Made by a program: the position numbers and the translations under genes. DNA of 32,000 bases. Origin: Caedibacter taeniospiralis (GTDB lineage Bacteria > Pseudomonadota > Gammaproteobacteria > Francisellales > Francisellaceae). Below the pieces are notes generated by a model that was given only the letters and a program-made list of their open reading frames with translations, was not told the DNA's origin and searched no databases. The stretch is taken from contig NZ_PGGB02000011.1 in assembly GCF_002803295.2 (NCBI RefSeq), forward strand, positions 77-32,076, written 5' to 3'. Below are positions 8,726 through 18,184 of this stretch, one piece after another (the first letter of the stretch is position 1; every line of letters starts with the position of its first letter).

Positions 8726-10801
8726 TTACTGCACAGGGGCAAGTTTAATCTTGCCCATACGATCAATATTTTGCACCATGACTTTCATGTTTTTGCCTTC
8801 AGCCATCGTGTTTGGATTAACACCGATGCTCTCAAGCTCAGAAAATGGTAACAAGCCATCTTTTCCTGGCAGGATATTAACAAACGCACCAAAATCCAGG
8901 ACTTTTACCACTTTACCATTATACGTCTGACCAACTTCGGCACTCGCTGTTAATGCCATAATCTCCTCAATGGCGGCATTCAGTGCATCTTTGCTTCTTG
9001 CGAAAATTTTCACTTCACCATTGTCTGAAGTATCTATGGATGCTCCCGTTTTTTCAGTAATGCCTTTTATGGTAACGCCACCTTTACCGATCACATCACG
9101 AATTTTACTTGGATCAATGGTAATAACTTCCACTTGAGGTGCATTATTTGAGGTTTCTAATTTATATTCAGATATCACTTCATTCATAATGCCCAAAATA
9201 TGTAAGCGCCCTTCTTTGGCCTGATCCAAAGCTGCCTGCATGATCTTACGCGTAATACCCTTGATCTTGATGTCCATTTGAAGGGCGGTGACACCATAAC
9301 GCGTTCCAGCCACTTTAAAGTCCATATCGCCCAGATGATCTTCGTCACCCAGAATATCTGACAACACCGCGTACTTATCACCATCTTTAATAAGTCCCAT
9401 GGCAATACCCGCAACAGGAGCAGCCAACGGAATACCTGCATCCATCATTGCTAAGGATGAACCACAAACAGTGGCCATTGAGCTTGAACCATTTGACTCG
9501 GTAATTTCTGATACGACACGCACCACATAAGGATAAATTTCTTCGTTAGGGAAAACCGCTTGGGTTGCGCGTTTTGCCAGATTCGCATGCCCGATCTCAC
9601 GACGTTTAGGTGTACCTATCATGCCCGTTTCACCCACTGAGAATGGGGGAAAATTGTAATGCAGCATGTAACGATTTTTCTTATCACCACTTAAAGTTTC
9701 AACTAACTGCGCATCGCGATCATTGCCTAAGGTTGCAACCACGAGAGCCTGTGTTTCGCCACGCGTAAATAATGCAGATCCATGCGCCTTTGGCAATACC
9801 CCCGTGCGCACATTAATGGGTCTTACGGTACGCGTATCGCGTCCATCAATTCTTGGCAAACCACTTAAAATGTTTTTGCGTACAACCTCTCTTTCGATGT
9901 CGTGGAAAATGCTTTTTATCTCTTCAACGGAAACTTCTTCGGACTCAGTTTCATCAGCGACAATCGTTTCAACCACCGTTTTTCTTAAATTATTGATCAA
10001 CTCAACCCGTTTTTGTTTTTCGGTTTCTTGATATGCTGTTTTAATTTCACTATAGAAACGTGCTTTAATCTGCTCGTTTAACGCCTTATTTTCGACCTTA
10101 GGCGTAAAACTCCAACGAGGCTTTGCTGCATACTTCGCCAAGTGATTAATCGCATCAATCACTACTTGCATTTGTTGGTGACCGTATAACACAGCACCAA
10201 GCATGACCTCCTCTGGCAAGCTTTTCGCTTCCGATTCAACCATTAAGACAGCATCTTTAGTTCCTGCAACAACCAAATCTAAGTCTGAAATCTCTAATTT
10301 GGCAAAGGAAGGGTTGATGACATACTGCCCATCAATAAAACCAACACGCACACCTGCTACGGGTCCCTCAAACGGCACTCCCGATAATACCAGCGAAGCC
10401 GAAGCACCGATCAGCGCTGGAATATCAGGGGGAACCTCAGGATCAAAGGATAACACGGTCGCTACAATCTGAACTTCATTATAAAAACCTTCAGGAAACA
10501 ACGGTCGCAGTGGGCGGTCAATCAACCGAGCCGTCAATGTTTCATGCTCAGTTGGACGTCCTTCGCGACGAGGAAAACCACCAGGAATCTTACCTGCTGC
10601 ATACGACTTCTCTTGGTAATTCACTTTCAATGGGAAGAAATCAATACCTTGTTTAGCCTCTTTTTGCGCAGCAGTTGTTACTAATACAACGGTATCACCC
10701 ACGGTAACCACCACGGATCCTGCGGCTTGACGCGCCATTGCACCTGTTTCTAAAGTTACCTGATGTTGTCCTAACTGAAAGACTTCTTTAAATATTTTCA
10801 C
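8726..10801 (-). CDS. pnp: polyribonucleotide nucleotidyltransferase (PNPase)
   Basis: 691 aa with two RNase PH-like domains plus KH (…[10 protein letters not shown]…) and S1 (…[13 protein letters not shown]…) domains. GTG start at 10799-10801. Confidence 0.95.
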   Translation of the reverse strand: MKIFKEVFQLGQHQVTLETGAMARQAAGSVVVTVGDTVVLVTTAAQKEAKQGIDFFPLKVNYQEKSYAAGKIPGGFPRREGRPTEHETLTARLIDRPLRPLFPEGFYNEVQIVATVLSFDPEVPPDIPALIGASASLVLSGVPFEGPVAGVRVGFIDGQYVINPSFAKLEISDLDLVVAGTKDAVLMVESEAKSLPEEVMLGAVLYGHQQMQVVIDAINHLAKYAAKPRWSFTPKVENKALNEQIKARFYSEIKTAYQETEKQKRVELINNLRKTVVETIVADETESEEVSVEEIKSIFHDIEREVVRKNILSGLPRIDGRDTRTVRPINVRTGVLPKAHGSALFTRGETQALVVATLGNDRDAQLVETLSGDKKNRYMLHYNFPPFSVGETGMIGTPKRREIGHANLAKRATQAVFPNEEIYPYVVRVVSEITESNGSSSMATVCGSSLAMMDAGIPLAAPVAGIAMGLIKDGDKYAVLSDILGDEDHLGDMDFKVAGTRYGVTALQMDIKIKGITRKIMQAALDQAKEGRLHILGIMNEVISEYKLETSNNAPQVEVITIDPSKIRDVIGKGGVTIKGITEKTGASIDTSDNGEVKIFARSKDALNAAIEEIMALTASAEVGQTYNGKVVKVLDFGAFVNILPGKDGLLPFSELESIGVNPNTMAEGKNMKVMVQNIDRMGKIKLAPVQ

Positions 10802-10838
10802 TTGTTTGCCTTATTATCATTGTTTTGCGGTGTGTCGC

Positions 10839-10866
10839 GCGCTTAAACTATCCGATTCTCAAGCGC
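10839..10866 (-). promoter_or_regulatory. stem-loop in the rpsO-pnp intergenic leader
   Basis: GCGCTT (10839-10844) pairs with AAGCGC (10861-10866), starting immediately after the rpsO stop. No U tract. By analogy with the E. coli rpsO-pnp leader it could be an attenuator or processing hairpin. Confidence 0.3.
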
Positions 10867-10867
10867 A

Positions 10868-11134
10868 CTATCTACGTAAACTTAAGCGCTCAATCAAGAC
10901 GCGATAACGCGCGATGTCTTTGCTTTTTAGATAGTCTAAAAGCTTGCGGCGTTGGCTGACCAGACGCAATAAGCCTCGTCTTGAGTGGAAATCCTGCTTG
11001 TGCGTCTCAAAATGACCTTGAAGACCCTCAATGCGAGCCGTCAATAACGCAACTTGTACTTCTGGTGAGCCTGTATCGCCTTCTGAACGCTGATATTCAG
11101 TCACGATCGATTGTTTGTGCTCGGTGCTTAACAT
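10868..11134 (-). CDS. rpsO: 30S ribosomal protein S15
   Basis: 88 aa, …[16 protein letters not shown]…HSRRGLL…[11 protein letters not shown]…. Confidence 0.95.
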   Translation of the reverse strand: MLSTEHKQSIVTEYQRSEGDTGSPEVQVALLTARIEGLQGHFETHKQDFHSRRGLLRLVSQRRKLLDYLKSKDIARYRVLIERLSLRR

Positions 11135-11235
11135 ATTATTTTCTCCTAAATTTTATTTCTTTTGTTAAACTTCCCATAAAGATACTGAACAAATTTGAAA
11201 TTTATCCAAACATCACGACAGTTTAGCAGCGCCGT

Positions 11236-11264
11236 ATAATACATGCTTTTTAGAGAAACAACAA
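11236..11264 (-). promoter_or_regulatory. candidate sigma70 promoter for rpsO
   Basis: The minus strand reads TTGTTG, 17 nt, TATTAT. This would give a roughly 100-nt leader, a length comparable to the autoregulated E. coli rpsO leader. Confidence 0.35.
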
Positions 11265-11276
11265 GCAAGCCAAAGC

Positions 11277-11930
11277 TTATTTTTTCCCAACTGAGTACTT
11301 TTGTTGGTACACTTTCATACGCTCAAGCAACTGTAATTCAATTTGTCCATTAAGCTTAAGATATTCAATTAAATCACTTAGATTTGCCACCGCGTGTACA
11401 GGAAACTGATATTCCTCTTCGACCATTTTAACTGCTGAAAGCGCTTGATTTGGCGCAATTTCCTGGCGATCCAATGCAACACAAACACCAACCACCTGTC
11501 CACCTTGCACCCCGATAACATTGATTGCCTCTTTGATTGCAGTCCCTGCGGTAATCACGTCATCTATGATTAGTACTTTTTTATCCTTAATGTCAGCTCC
11601 AACTAAAGCCCCACCTTCACCGTGATCCTTTTTCTCTTTGCGGTTATAACAAAAACCGACATTTTTACCGTACTTGCTGTATAAAATCGATGCCACCAAA
11701 GCAGCCAGTGAAATTCCTTTGTAAGCAGGACCAAACAACACATGAAACTCAGCATTGACTGATATAATTTTAGCGGCGTAGCATTCAGCCAGCTGGTGTA
11801 AGGTTTTTCCTTGGTTGAACATGCCTGCATTAAAAAAGTAAGGGCTGATTCGCCCTGACTTCAATATAAACTCACCAAATTTGAGGGCTGAGGCTTCAAT
11901 GGCAGCATCAAAAAAACGATAATCTTTCAT
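11277..11930 (-). CDS. pyrE: orotate phosphoribosyltransferase
   Basis: 217 aa with the PRPP-binding motif VLIIDDVITAGTA and an N-terminus …GEFILKSGRISPYFFN…. Confidence 0.9.
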   Translation of the reverse strand: MKDYRFFDAAIEASALKFGEFILKSGRISPYFFNAGMFNQGKTLHQLAECYAAKIISVNAEFHVLFGPAYKGISLAALVASILYSKYGKNVGFCYNRKEKKDHGEGGALVGADIKDKKVLIIDDVITAGTAIKEAINVIGVQGGQVVGVCVALDRQEIAPNQALSAVKMVEEEYQFPVHAVANLSDLIEYLKLNGQIELQLLERMKVYQQKYSVGKK

Positions 11931-12020
11931 ACCTATTTAACTACTTCACTTGGGTTAAAGTGGCATTACTATATATCACCCACGAGCGATTTTATAGTTG
12001 ATTTTTTAGCGACGTGTAGC

Positions 12021-13844
12021 TTATCTAAAAGCATGCCAAATTTGATCGGCAATCTGTTTACTGATACCCTTGATTTTTGCGATTTCATCCACGGATGCCG
12101 CCGATAACTCCTGCCAGCCACCAAAGTGACGAAGTAGTGCTTGCCTTCGCTTACTACCAACCCCTGGAATTGATTCTAATATTGATTCAGTCTGTCGTTT
12201 GGCAAGCTTTTTACGTTGAGCTTTAATCGCAAAATCGTGTGCGGCATCTCTGATTTGTCTTAGTAACAGAAAACCTGGATCATATTCTGGCAGGTGGTAA
12301 ACATGATCATCAAAGCCAAGAAATATATCTTCCTTGCCACTGATCCGCTCTACGCCTTTGCCAAGACTGACAAGTTGAATTCGCTCTTTTAAATTTTGTT
12401 GAATCATAACCTCTTGTGCTTTTCTTAGCTGCCCCTTACCACCGTCAATCACCATTACATCAGGCAGGTTATTTGCCTCCATCCCCGACTCAATCCGTCT
12501 TGTGACCGCCTGGGCAATGGCTGCATAATCATCCCCTGGCGTAATATTGTTGATGTTATAACGCCGATAAGCTGACTTTAGTGGTCCTGACTCATTAAAA
12601 ACAACACAGGATGCTATCGTCGCCTCTCCCTGATGATGACTAATATCAAAACACTCAATGCGTTTTATCTCTGATTTATTAAGCCATTTTGCTAAAGCCA
12701 CCATCCGCTCAGTAAATTGCTTTTTAGTATGAAAATTCATTTGTAATTTTTGTCGGGCGTTAACCATTGCAAGCTTTTGCCATTTGGCATTATCTGTACT
12801 AACCACATCTATCCACTTAATCTGACTGTCTGCCTTTTGATTAATGCTACTCAACAATTCTTTGGAAATAGCAATATCCTTAGGCACGATAACTTCTTTT
12901 GGCCACAGGGTGCGAAACTCTGCCAGGTAATAGTGTGATAGGAAAGCATTAAGAATTTCAGCCTGTGAGTTTCCTTCAACCGTAACAAACCAGTGTTTAT
13001 CATCCTCCACTTTCCCTTGCTGGATGCTTAATAAGCTAATACAGATTTTCTCTGACTCTTGCACTAAACCAATAACATGGAAATTTTTATTGTTTGTCTT
13101 ATCTAAAAACTGCTGCTGTTGTAGCTTTGTCAATAATATAAGCTGATCCCTTAGCTGACTTGCTTCCTCGAAAAGTTCATACTCAGAAGCCAGCTGCATT
13201 TTCTGTGAGACAGTCTCCAACACCGAGGTTAATTTACCGCTAATAAACTTTACCAATAAATCAACCTGTAATTTATATGCCTCTGGCGTAATTTTTCCGA
13301 CACAAGGAGCACTGCAGCGCTTTATCTGATACTGCAGGCACGGGCGTGAACGGTTGCTATAGTAGCTATCGTCACATTGCCTGATGGGAAATAATTTTTG
13401 CAATAAAACCAGCGTATCCTTCATCGATGACAATGATACATAAGGACCAAAGTAGAGTCCATTTTTGCGTGGCTTACCACGAAATCCAGTCAACCTTGGA
13501 AAGGTATGATCTGTCAGATGTAAATAAGGGTAGCTTTTGTCATCTTTGAATAAGATATTGTACTTGGGTTTATGCTTCTTAATTAATGTACTTTCCAGCA
13601 AAAACGCATCGTAATCACTTGGTGTCACGGTGACGTCAATAAAAGCAACCTGCTGAGCTAAAGTCTGCGTTTTAAGATCCTTAGCCCCTTTACTGAAGTA
13701 ACTGTTGACGCGCTTATATAAATTCTTTGCTTTTCCAACGTATAAGATAGTATGTGCCTTATCATACATGCGATACACGCCGGGATGTGTTGTAAGATTT
13801 TCCAAAAAAGAGACTAGATCAAAGGTGTCTTGCGTATTGAACAT
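12021..13844 (-). CDS. uvrC: excinuclease ABC subunit C
   Basis: 607 aa. N-terminal GIY-YIG domain (GVYRMY…ILYVGKAKNL…R), a UVR domain, and a C-terminal (HhH)2 (…IPGVGSKRRQALL…). Confidence 0.93.
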   Translation of the reverse strand: MFNTQDTFDLVSFLENLTTHPGVYRMYDKAHTILYVGKAKNLYKRVNSYFSKGAKDLKTQTLAQQVAFIDVTVTPSDYDAFLLESTLIKKHKPKYNILFKDDKSYPYLHLTDHTFPRLTGFRGKPRKNGLYFGPYVSLSSMKDTLVLLQKLFPIRQCDDSYYSNRSRPCLQYQIKRCSAPCVGKITPEAYKLQVDLLVKFISGKLTSVLETVSQKMQLASEYELFEEASQLRDQLILLTKLQQQQFLDKTNNKNFHVIGLVQESEKICISLLSIQQGKVEDDKHWFVTVEGNSQAEILNAFLSHYYLAEFRTLWPKEVIVPKDIAISKELLSSINQKADSQIKWIDVVSTDNAKWQKLAMVNARQKLQMNFHTKKQFTERMVALAKWLNKSEIKRIECFDISHHQGEATIASCVVFNESGPLKSAYRRYNINNITPGDDYAAIAQAVTRRIESGMEANNLPDVMVIDGGKGQLRKAQEVMIQQNLKERIQLVSLGKGVERISGKEDIFLGFDDHVYHLPEYDPGFLLLRQIRDAAHDFAIKAQRKKLAKRQTESILESIPGVGSKRRQALLRHFGGWQELSAASVDEIAKIKGISKQIADQIWHAFR

Positions 13845-13877
13845 GATAAGTTGTTATGATAGGAAACAAGTGGGTCT

Positions 13878-14528
13878 TTACCCTTGATTGCTTTCAAGAT
13901 CTATGAGTTTATGCCGAATGGCTAAGTGTGTCAGCTCCACATCACTATCGATACCCAGCTTTTCAAACAAACGGTAACGATAACTATTGACCGTTTTGGG
14001 ACTCAAACACAACTGATCTGCCACATCATTTACTTTTTGACCGCTAGTGATCATGATTAACACCTGCATCTCACGCTCAGAGAGCGCATCAAACGGCGAC
14101 TCATCGCTGTGGGTCAAATGTTTTAACGCAAGCTGTTGTGCAACTTCAGGCGAAAGATAGCGCCGCCCTGCATACACGGTTTTAATTGCCTGGATCATTT
14201 CATCCAAACTGGCACCCTTGGTCATATATCCACAAGCTCCAGCCTGCAACACACGACTTGGATAAGGCTCATCACCGTACACAGTAACCACTAATATTTT
14301 AATTTGAGGATAAACCTTGGCAATGCGCTTTGTCGCCTCTAAACCGCCCATTCCAGGCATTTTAACATCCATTAAAACAACATCTGGTAAGAGCCTTGAC
14401 GCCAATGAAATTGCTTCTTCCCCACTGGCGGCTTCGCCAATAATCTCAATGGTATTAACATCGCTTAACAGTTTTTTTATCCCTAGCCTCACTAATTCAT
14501 GATCATCAACCAAAAGCACTCTTATCAT
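13878..14528 (-). CDS. gacA: two-component response regulator, GacA/UvrY/LetA family (REC + LuxR-type HTH)
   Basis: Receiver domain MIRVLLVDDH…DVVLMDVKMPG… and a LuxR HTH (…LSEREMQVL…LCLSPKTVNSYRYRLFEKL…). It lies immediately upstream of uvrC, as uvrY does in E. coli. I chose ATG at 14528 because AGGAGC lies 6 nt upstream. The ORF-track start at 14579 adds 17 unlikely residues. Confidence 0.85.
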   Translation of the reverse strand: MIRVLLVDDHELVRLGIKKLLSDVNTIEIIGEAASGEEAISLASRLLPDVVLMDVKMPGMGGLEATKRIAKVYPQIKILVVTVYGDEPYPSRVLQAGACGYMTKGASLDEMIQAIKTVYAGRRYLSPEVAQQLALKHLTHSDESPFDALSEREMQVLIMITSGQKVNDVADQLCLSPKTVNSYRYRLFEKLGIDSDVELTHLAIRHKLIDLESNQG

Positions 14529-14786
14529 TACATTGCTCCTATGTGTTAAGTCTATCTCCCAAGCCATATACGCGCTCACTGTCTAATGGCACTATCCATT
14601 TTTTCTCAAGGGTTATTCAGCAAAATCCTCAAGTCTATGTGCGCTAATGCGTGTTTCATTTGTGAGATTTCGCCCACAGTATAAACCAAAAACCCCCGCG
14701 ATGCTGTAGAGATTTAGGCTTATTTTGCTTGTATTTCTGCTTTTTATTTGTAAGATGAGGCATTTACTACATGGCAACCTCCGTAA

Positions 14787-15944
14787 ATGATTACGAATAA
14801 TCAGGATTTGTGTACACTCGTTTTACAATTAATGCAGGAAAAAGTCATTGCACTTGATACCGAGTTTTATTGGCGAAACACCTATTATCCTGAGCTATGC
14901 CTCATTCAGATAGCAACTGCTGACAATATCTACCTGATTGATCCCTTATCAAAGGAGCTTGACCTGAACCTGCTGTGCCCTTTGTTTGCAAGCACCAACA
15001 CGCTAAAAATTATGCACGCAGCGGAAAATGACATCAAAATTCTAAAGCATTGTTTAAGCTGTCAGTTCCAAGCGGTTTTTGATACACAAATAGCCATGGC
15101 ATTTTTAGGACATGATCATCAGTTGTCCTTAGCACACACGCTAGCGTACTGTGGTTTTGGCGAGCTTAGTAAAGCTCATAAGTTATCAGACTGGCGCTAC
15201 AGACCATTATCTGAGTCACAATTAAAGTATGCCCAAGGTGATGTTGCTCACTTAATTGCATGTCAGTCATTACTCAATAACCAGCTTAAAAACACACCCT
15301 GGCTTGATGCCTTTTATCAAGAGATGGACATTATTCAACGTACTCAGTTTACTCATATCCGTGAGGCACCCTATAAATTTAAACATCAACTAGCTCGCCT
15401 TAACCCTGACGCCCAAAAAAATCTCATCCTGTTGGCTATCTGGCGTGAACAATACGCACAACATAAAAACAGAGTAACCCGCTATATTTTATCCGACCAG
15501 GAACTGATTAAGATTGCCAAACTCAATCCTCAGGATATTCAATCTCTTAGCAAAGATAAGTTACTTTCTCATAGTAAGATCCAGCGCCTTGGTCTTAGCA
15601 TTATCCAAGCCCTTCATGCAACACAGCAAACACCTGAAGTTTCAGATTATACGGAAACACACAACTTTAAAATCAGCACCGCCCTCCTTCACTGCTGTTT
15701 TGATTATTTAAATAACCTTGCCACAGAGTTTAACTTACCGCTTGCACTAATTGCCTCAAAACATGACCTTAAGAAATTTCTGTATATGAAGATCGCCAAA
15801 GCGGAGAATACTCCCACATCAAAACTTGGCACTGGATGGCGACTTCAGCACTTTGGTCATGCAATTTATGAATTTGCCCAGTGCCAACCTGAATTTTTTA
15901 TTTTACCAAACAGCCTTTCTGAAAATGAGAAATTTGACGACTAA
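14787..15944 (+). CDS. rnd: ribonuclease D
   Basis: 385 aa with DEDDy 3'-5' exonuclease motifs (ALDTEF, HAAENDIKIL, YAQGDVAHL) followed by an HRDC-like region. Confidence 0.85.
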   Translation: MITNNQDLCTLVLQLMQEKVIALDTEFYWRNTYYPELCLIQIATADNIYLIDPLSKELDLNLLCPLFASTNTLKIMHAAENDIKILKHCLSCQFQAVFDTQIAMAFLGHDHQLSLAHTLAYCGFGELSKAHKLSDWRYRPLSESQLKYAQGDVAHLIACQSLLNNQLKNTPWLDAFYQEMDIIQRTQFTHIREAPYKFKHQLARLNPDAQKNLILLAIWREQYAQHKNRVTRYILSDQELIKIAKLNPQDIQSLSKDKLLSHSKIQRLGLSIIQALHATQQTPEVSDYTETHNFKISTALLHCCFDYLNNLATEFNLPLALIASKHDLKKFLYMKIAKAENTPTSKLGTGWRLQHFGHAIYEFAQCQPEFFILPNSLSENEKFDD

Positions 15945-15950
15945 GGTGCT

Positions 15951-16658
15951 CTATAACGCCAGACCAATGCGCCTGGCAACCTCTTTATAATGTCCAATGA
16001 CATCACCTAAGTCTTGACGAAAACGGTCTTTATCAAAGACTTCCCTGGTTTTCCTGTCCCACAACCTGCAGCCATCTGGACTAAATTCATCGCCTAGTAG
16101 AATTTCATCATGAAAGCGACCAAATTCAAGCTTATAGTCAACCAGTAACAATCCAGAATCATCGAAGAGTTTAGATAATACTTCATTTACTTTGAATGTT
16201 GTTTTACGCATAAAGGCAATTTCAGACTCGCTCGCCCAGTTAAAAGCCAAAATATGTGATGTGTTGATCATAGGATCACCCAAGGCGTCATCTTTTAGGA
16301 AAAACTCAAATATGGGCTCCACAAATTTCATGCCTTTTTCAATTCCTAAACGTTTGCAAATACCCCCTGCAGCATAATTACGCACGACGCACTCAACAGG
16401 GATCATCTTAAGCTTCTTCATAAGGCTTTCATTGTCGCTCAAGATTTTAACAAAGTGCGTTTTAACTCCTGCTTCCTCAAGCTTTTGCATAATATAGGCA
16501 TTAAATAAATTATTAACCCGTCCTTTGTCTACCAAGCTCGCTTTTTTTACTCCATTAAAAGCCGTTGCATCATCACGATATTCAATAACCACTTCATCCT
16601 GATGATCGCTACTGTAGACCGATTTTGCTTTTCCTTGGTATATAAGCTCTTTAACCAT
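15951..16658 (-). CDS. purC: phosphoribosylaminoimidazole-succinocarboxamide (SAICAR) synthase
   Basis: 235 aa, …LIYQGKAKSVY…, …PIECVVRNYAAG-like…, …DEFSPDGCRLWD…. Confidence 0.93.
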   Translation of the reverse strand: MVKELIYQGKAKSVYSSDHQDEVVIEYRDDATAFNGVKKASLVDKGRVNNLFNAYIMQKLEEAGVKTHFVKILSDNESLMKKLKMIPVECVVRNYAAGGICKRLGIEKGMKFVEPIFEFFLKDDALGDPMINTSHILAFNWASESEIAFMRKTTFKVNEVLSKLFDDSGLLLVDYKLEFGRFHDEILLGDEFSPDGCRLWDRKTREVFDKDRFRQDLGDVIGHYKEVARRIGLAL

Positions 16659-16659
16659 C

Positions 16660-17742
16660 CTAATTTACCTTTTGCTGCTTGTTACTAAGGGGAATATGAG
16701 ATGCGATCACCGTCAAAACAGGTTTGGCTTTATCAATGGGAATCAATACTTGTTTCGTATCAAACAGCGACACACGTAACTGTTTTTGCTCTTCCCTAAA
16801 GAAATTATGCCAGTTGCTCATATCACTAAACAGTGAACCATTTTGCGTATATGGATACAGGTATAAAAGATAGCTTTGATTCTGAGCTGCGTCGTCAAAC
16901 AAAATCGTCTGTTCTTTTTCATCATACGCTATATATTTAAACCCTCCTGCCTCAATTGCCTCTTTCAGTGCCGTCTGTACCATAGAAGCATCACCTACAA
17001 ACACAATAGAGGCAACTTTATCATTCGTATACAGTTGGAACTTCAGCCCACTGCTTGTGCTAACAAAACCAAATTGCGCCTTTATCAGCGTCGATTCGCT
17101 GACCTTTTGTCCTCTGATATGCTGATCAATCAGCTCAACGACTTGACTTGCTTCTTTTTCAACTGCGGGTTTTTCATCCATGGCAAACAGGGATAATTCA
17201 GCACGTCTGAACTCATTTTTTACCCGTGCGATATAGACATAATAAGCTATCCCTGTCGCTTTATTTTTAACAATAAAACGACTGTTGTCCCTGTCTTCTT
17301 TTTCCAGCGTTAGCGATGGCAGTTTACTTTGCAAAGCTGCCTGAACAATGAGCCAGCTCAACTCATAAGGCTCATATATCATCAGTTTTGCCTGATCATC
17401 TTTATCATAGCTTAACTTAGTTGAAACGATGTAAAGCTGCTCTTGTTCAACCAGGCTGATATTATAGCCTGCGTCAAAATTAGGTGGCAGTAACGCATTT
17501 TGCGCAGCAGCCTGCTGATTTGTACTAAAGCTAGTTACGCCTTCTGGCACAACCAATGTTGGGTTTATATTGGGATCTTGTGACACTGATTCTGGTATTT
17601 CCAGTGGCTTATTCTGCTGAACAGGCTGACGCGCGTAATCGAAGTCACGATTACGGAAAAAATGACTAACCGAAGCACACCCCGCCAATGCACTCACACT
17701 TAATATTGCCAGCATACACAAGGTAATTTTATTAAATTTCAT
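16660..17742 (-). CDS. bamC: outer-membrane lipoprotein, probable BamC (NlpB)
   Basis: Signal peptide plus lipobox LAGC. About 360 aa, with its stop 1 nt from the purC start. The nlpB-purC arrangement matches E. coli (recalled). Sequence similarity to E. coli BamC is weak by eye, so the call is mainly positional. Confidence 0.55.
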   Translation of the reverse strand: MKFNKITLCMLAILSVSALAGCASVSHFFRNRDFDYARQPVQQNKPLEIPESVSQDPNINPTLVVPEGVTSFSTNQQAAAQNALLPPNFDAGYNISLVEQEQLYIVSTKLSYDKDDQAKLMIYEPYELSWLIVQAALQSKLPSLTLEKEDRDNSRFIVKNKATGIAYYVYIARVKNEFRRAELSLFAMDEKPAVEKEASQVVELIDQHIRGQKVSESTLIKAQFGFVSTSSGLKFQLYTNDKVASIVFVGDASMVQTALKEAIEAGGFKYIAYDEKEQTILFDDAAQNQSYLLYLYPYTQNGSLFSDMSNWHNFFREEQKQLRVSLFDTKQVLIPIDKAKPVLTVIASHIPLSNKQQKVN

Positions 17743-17855
17743 GACTGTTTTACCTGGAAAAATGTAAGAGCATTATACACAAAGCAAACACTAATACGCA
17801 CTGTATTTTAGCGTAAAAACCACGTTAATTACCGTCTCCCATTGCACAGGGGAAC

Positions 17856-17944
17856 TCCAACTTAATAACTTACCTCGTGATGAGCGTATTCACTCAATCC
17901 AATATTGATATATCCAGATACCAAGGGGATGTTATTAAGTTGGA
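17856..17944. repeat. perfect 14-bp inverted repeat separated by 61 nt
   Basis: TCCAACTTAATAAC (17856-17869) and GTTATTAAGTTGGA (17931-17944), with a further GGGG/CCCC match 3 nt outside each arm. It lies in non-coding DNA just upstream of the MFS tail relic. Confidence 0.6.
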
Positions 17945-17956
17945 TAACCCCAAAGC

Positions 17957-18184
17957 ATGGCAATGGGCTTTACCAATATGATTATTATCGGTCTTGGAGG
18001 TCCAATACTCCAACCCGTCATTGGCTGGATATTAAGCTGGTATCAATCAGCCTATCAATGCACTGCCAACACCCTTGATGGATTCCAAACCGCGCTGTTC
18101 CCAATCCTTGTCGGTTTAGTTATTGCTGTACTTCTTGTGTGTATTCCTGCAAAACCAATGATCTTTTGCAGTGTGTCTCTTTAA
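17957..18184 (+). pseudogene. C-terminal relic of an MFS transporter (last two TM helices only)
   Basis: The 75-aa ORF MAMGFTNMIIIGLGGPILQPVIGWIL…ALFPILVGLVIAVLLVCI resembles the TM11-TM12 region (…AVGFNNMFVLLG…) of the intact MFS gene next door. No upstream MFS body exists in any frame, and stops occur at 17945 and 17826. It overlaps the convergent MFS gene by 65 nt. Confidence 0.45.

Noticed and set aside
14749-14766. TGTAAG-N6-CATTTA in the gacA/rnd divergent region, resembling half of the Pseudomonas GacA box TGTAAG-N6-CTTACA.
   Set aside because: The second half-site matches only 3 of 6 positions, and no GGA-rich sRNA-like sequence follows.
15770-15783. TAAGAAATTTCTGT, a near match (13/14) to the LetA-type palindrome TNAGAAATTTCTNA that I recall from Legionella rsmY/rsmZ promoters.
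   Set aside because: It lies inside the rnd coding sequence. There is no downstream non-coding space for an Rsm-type sRNA, because the rnd and purC stops are 6 nt apart. Most likely a chance AT-rich palindrome.
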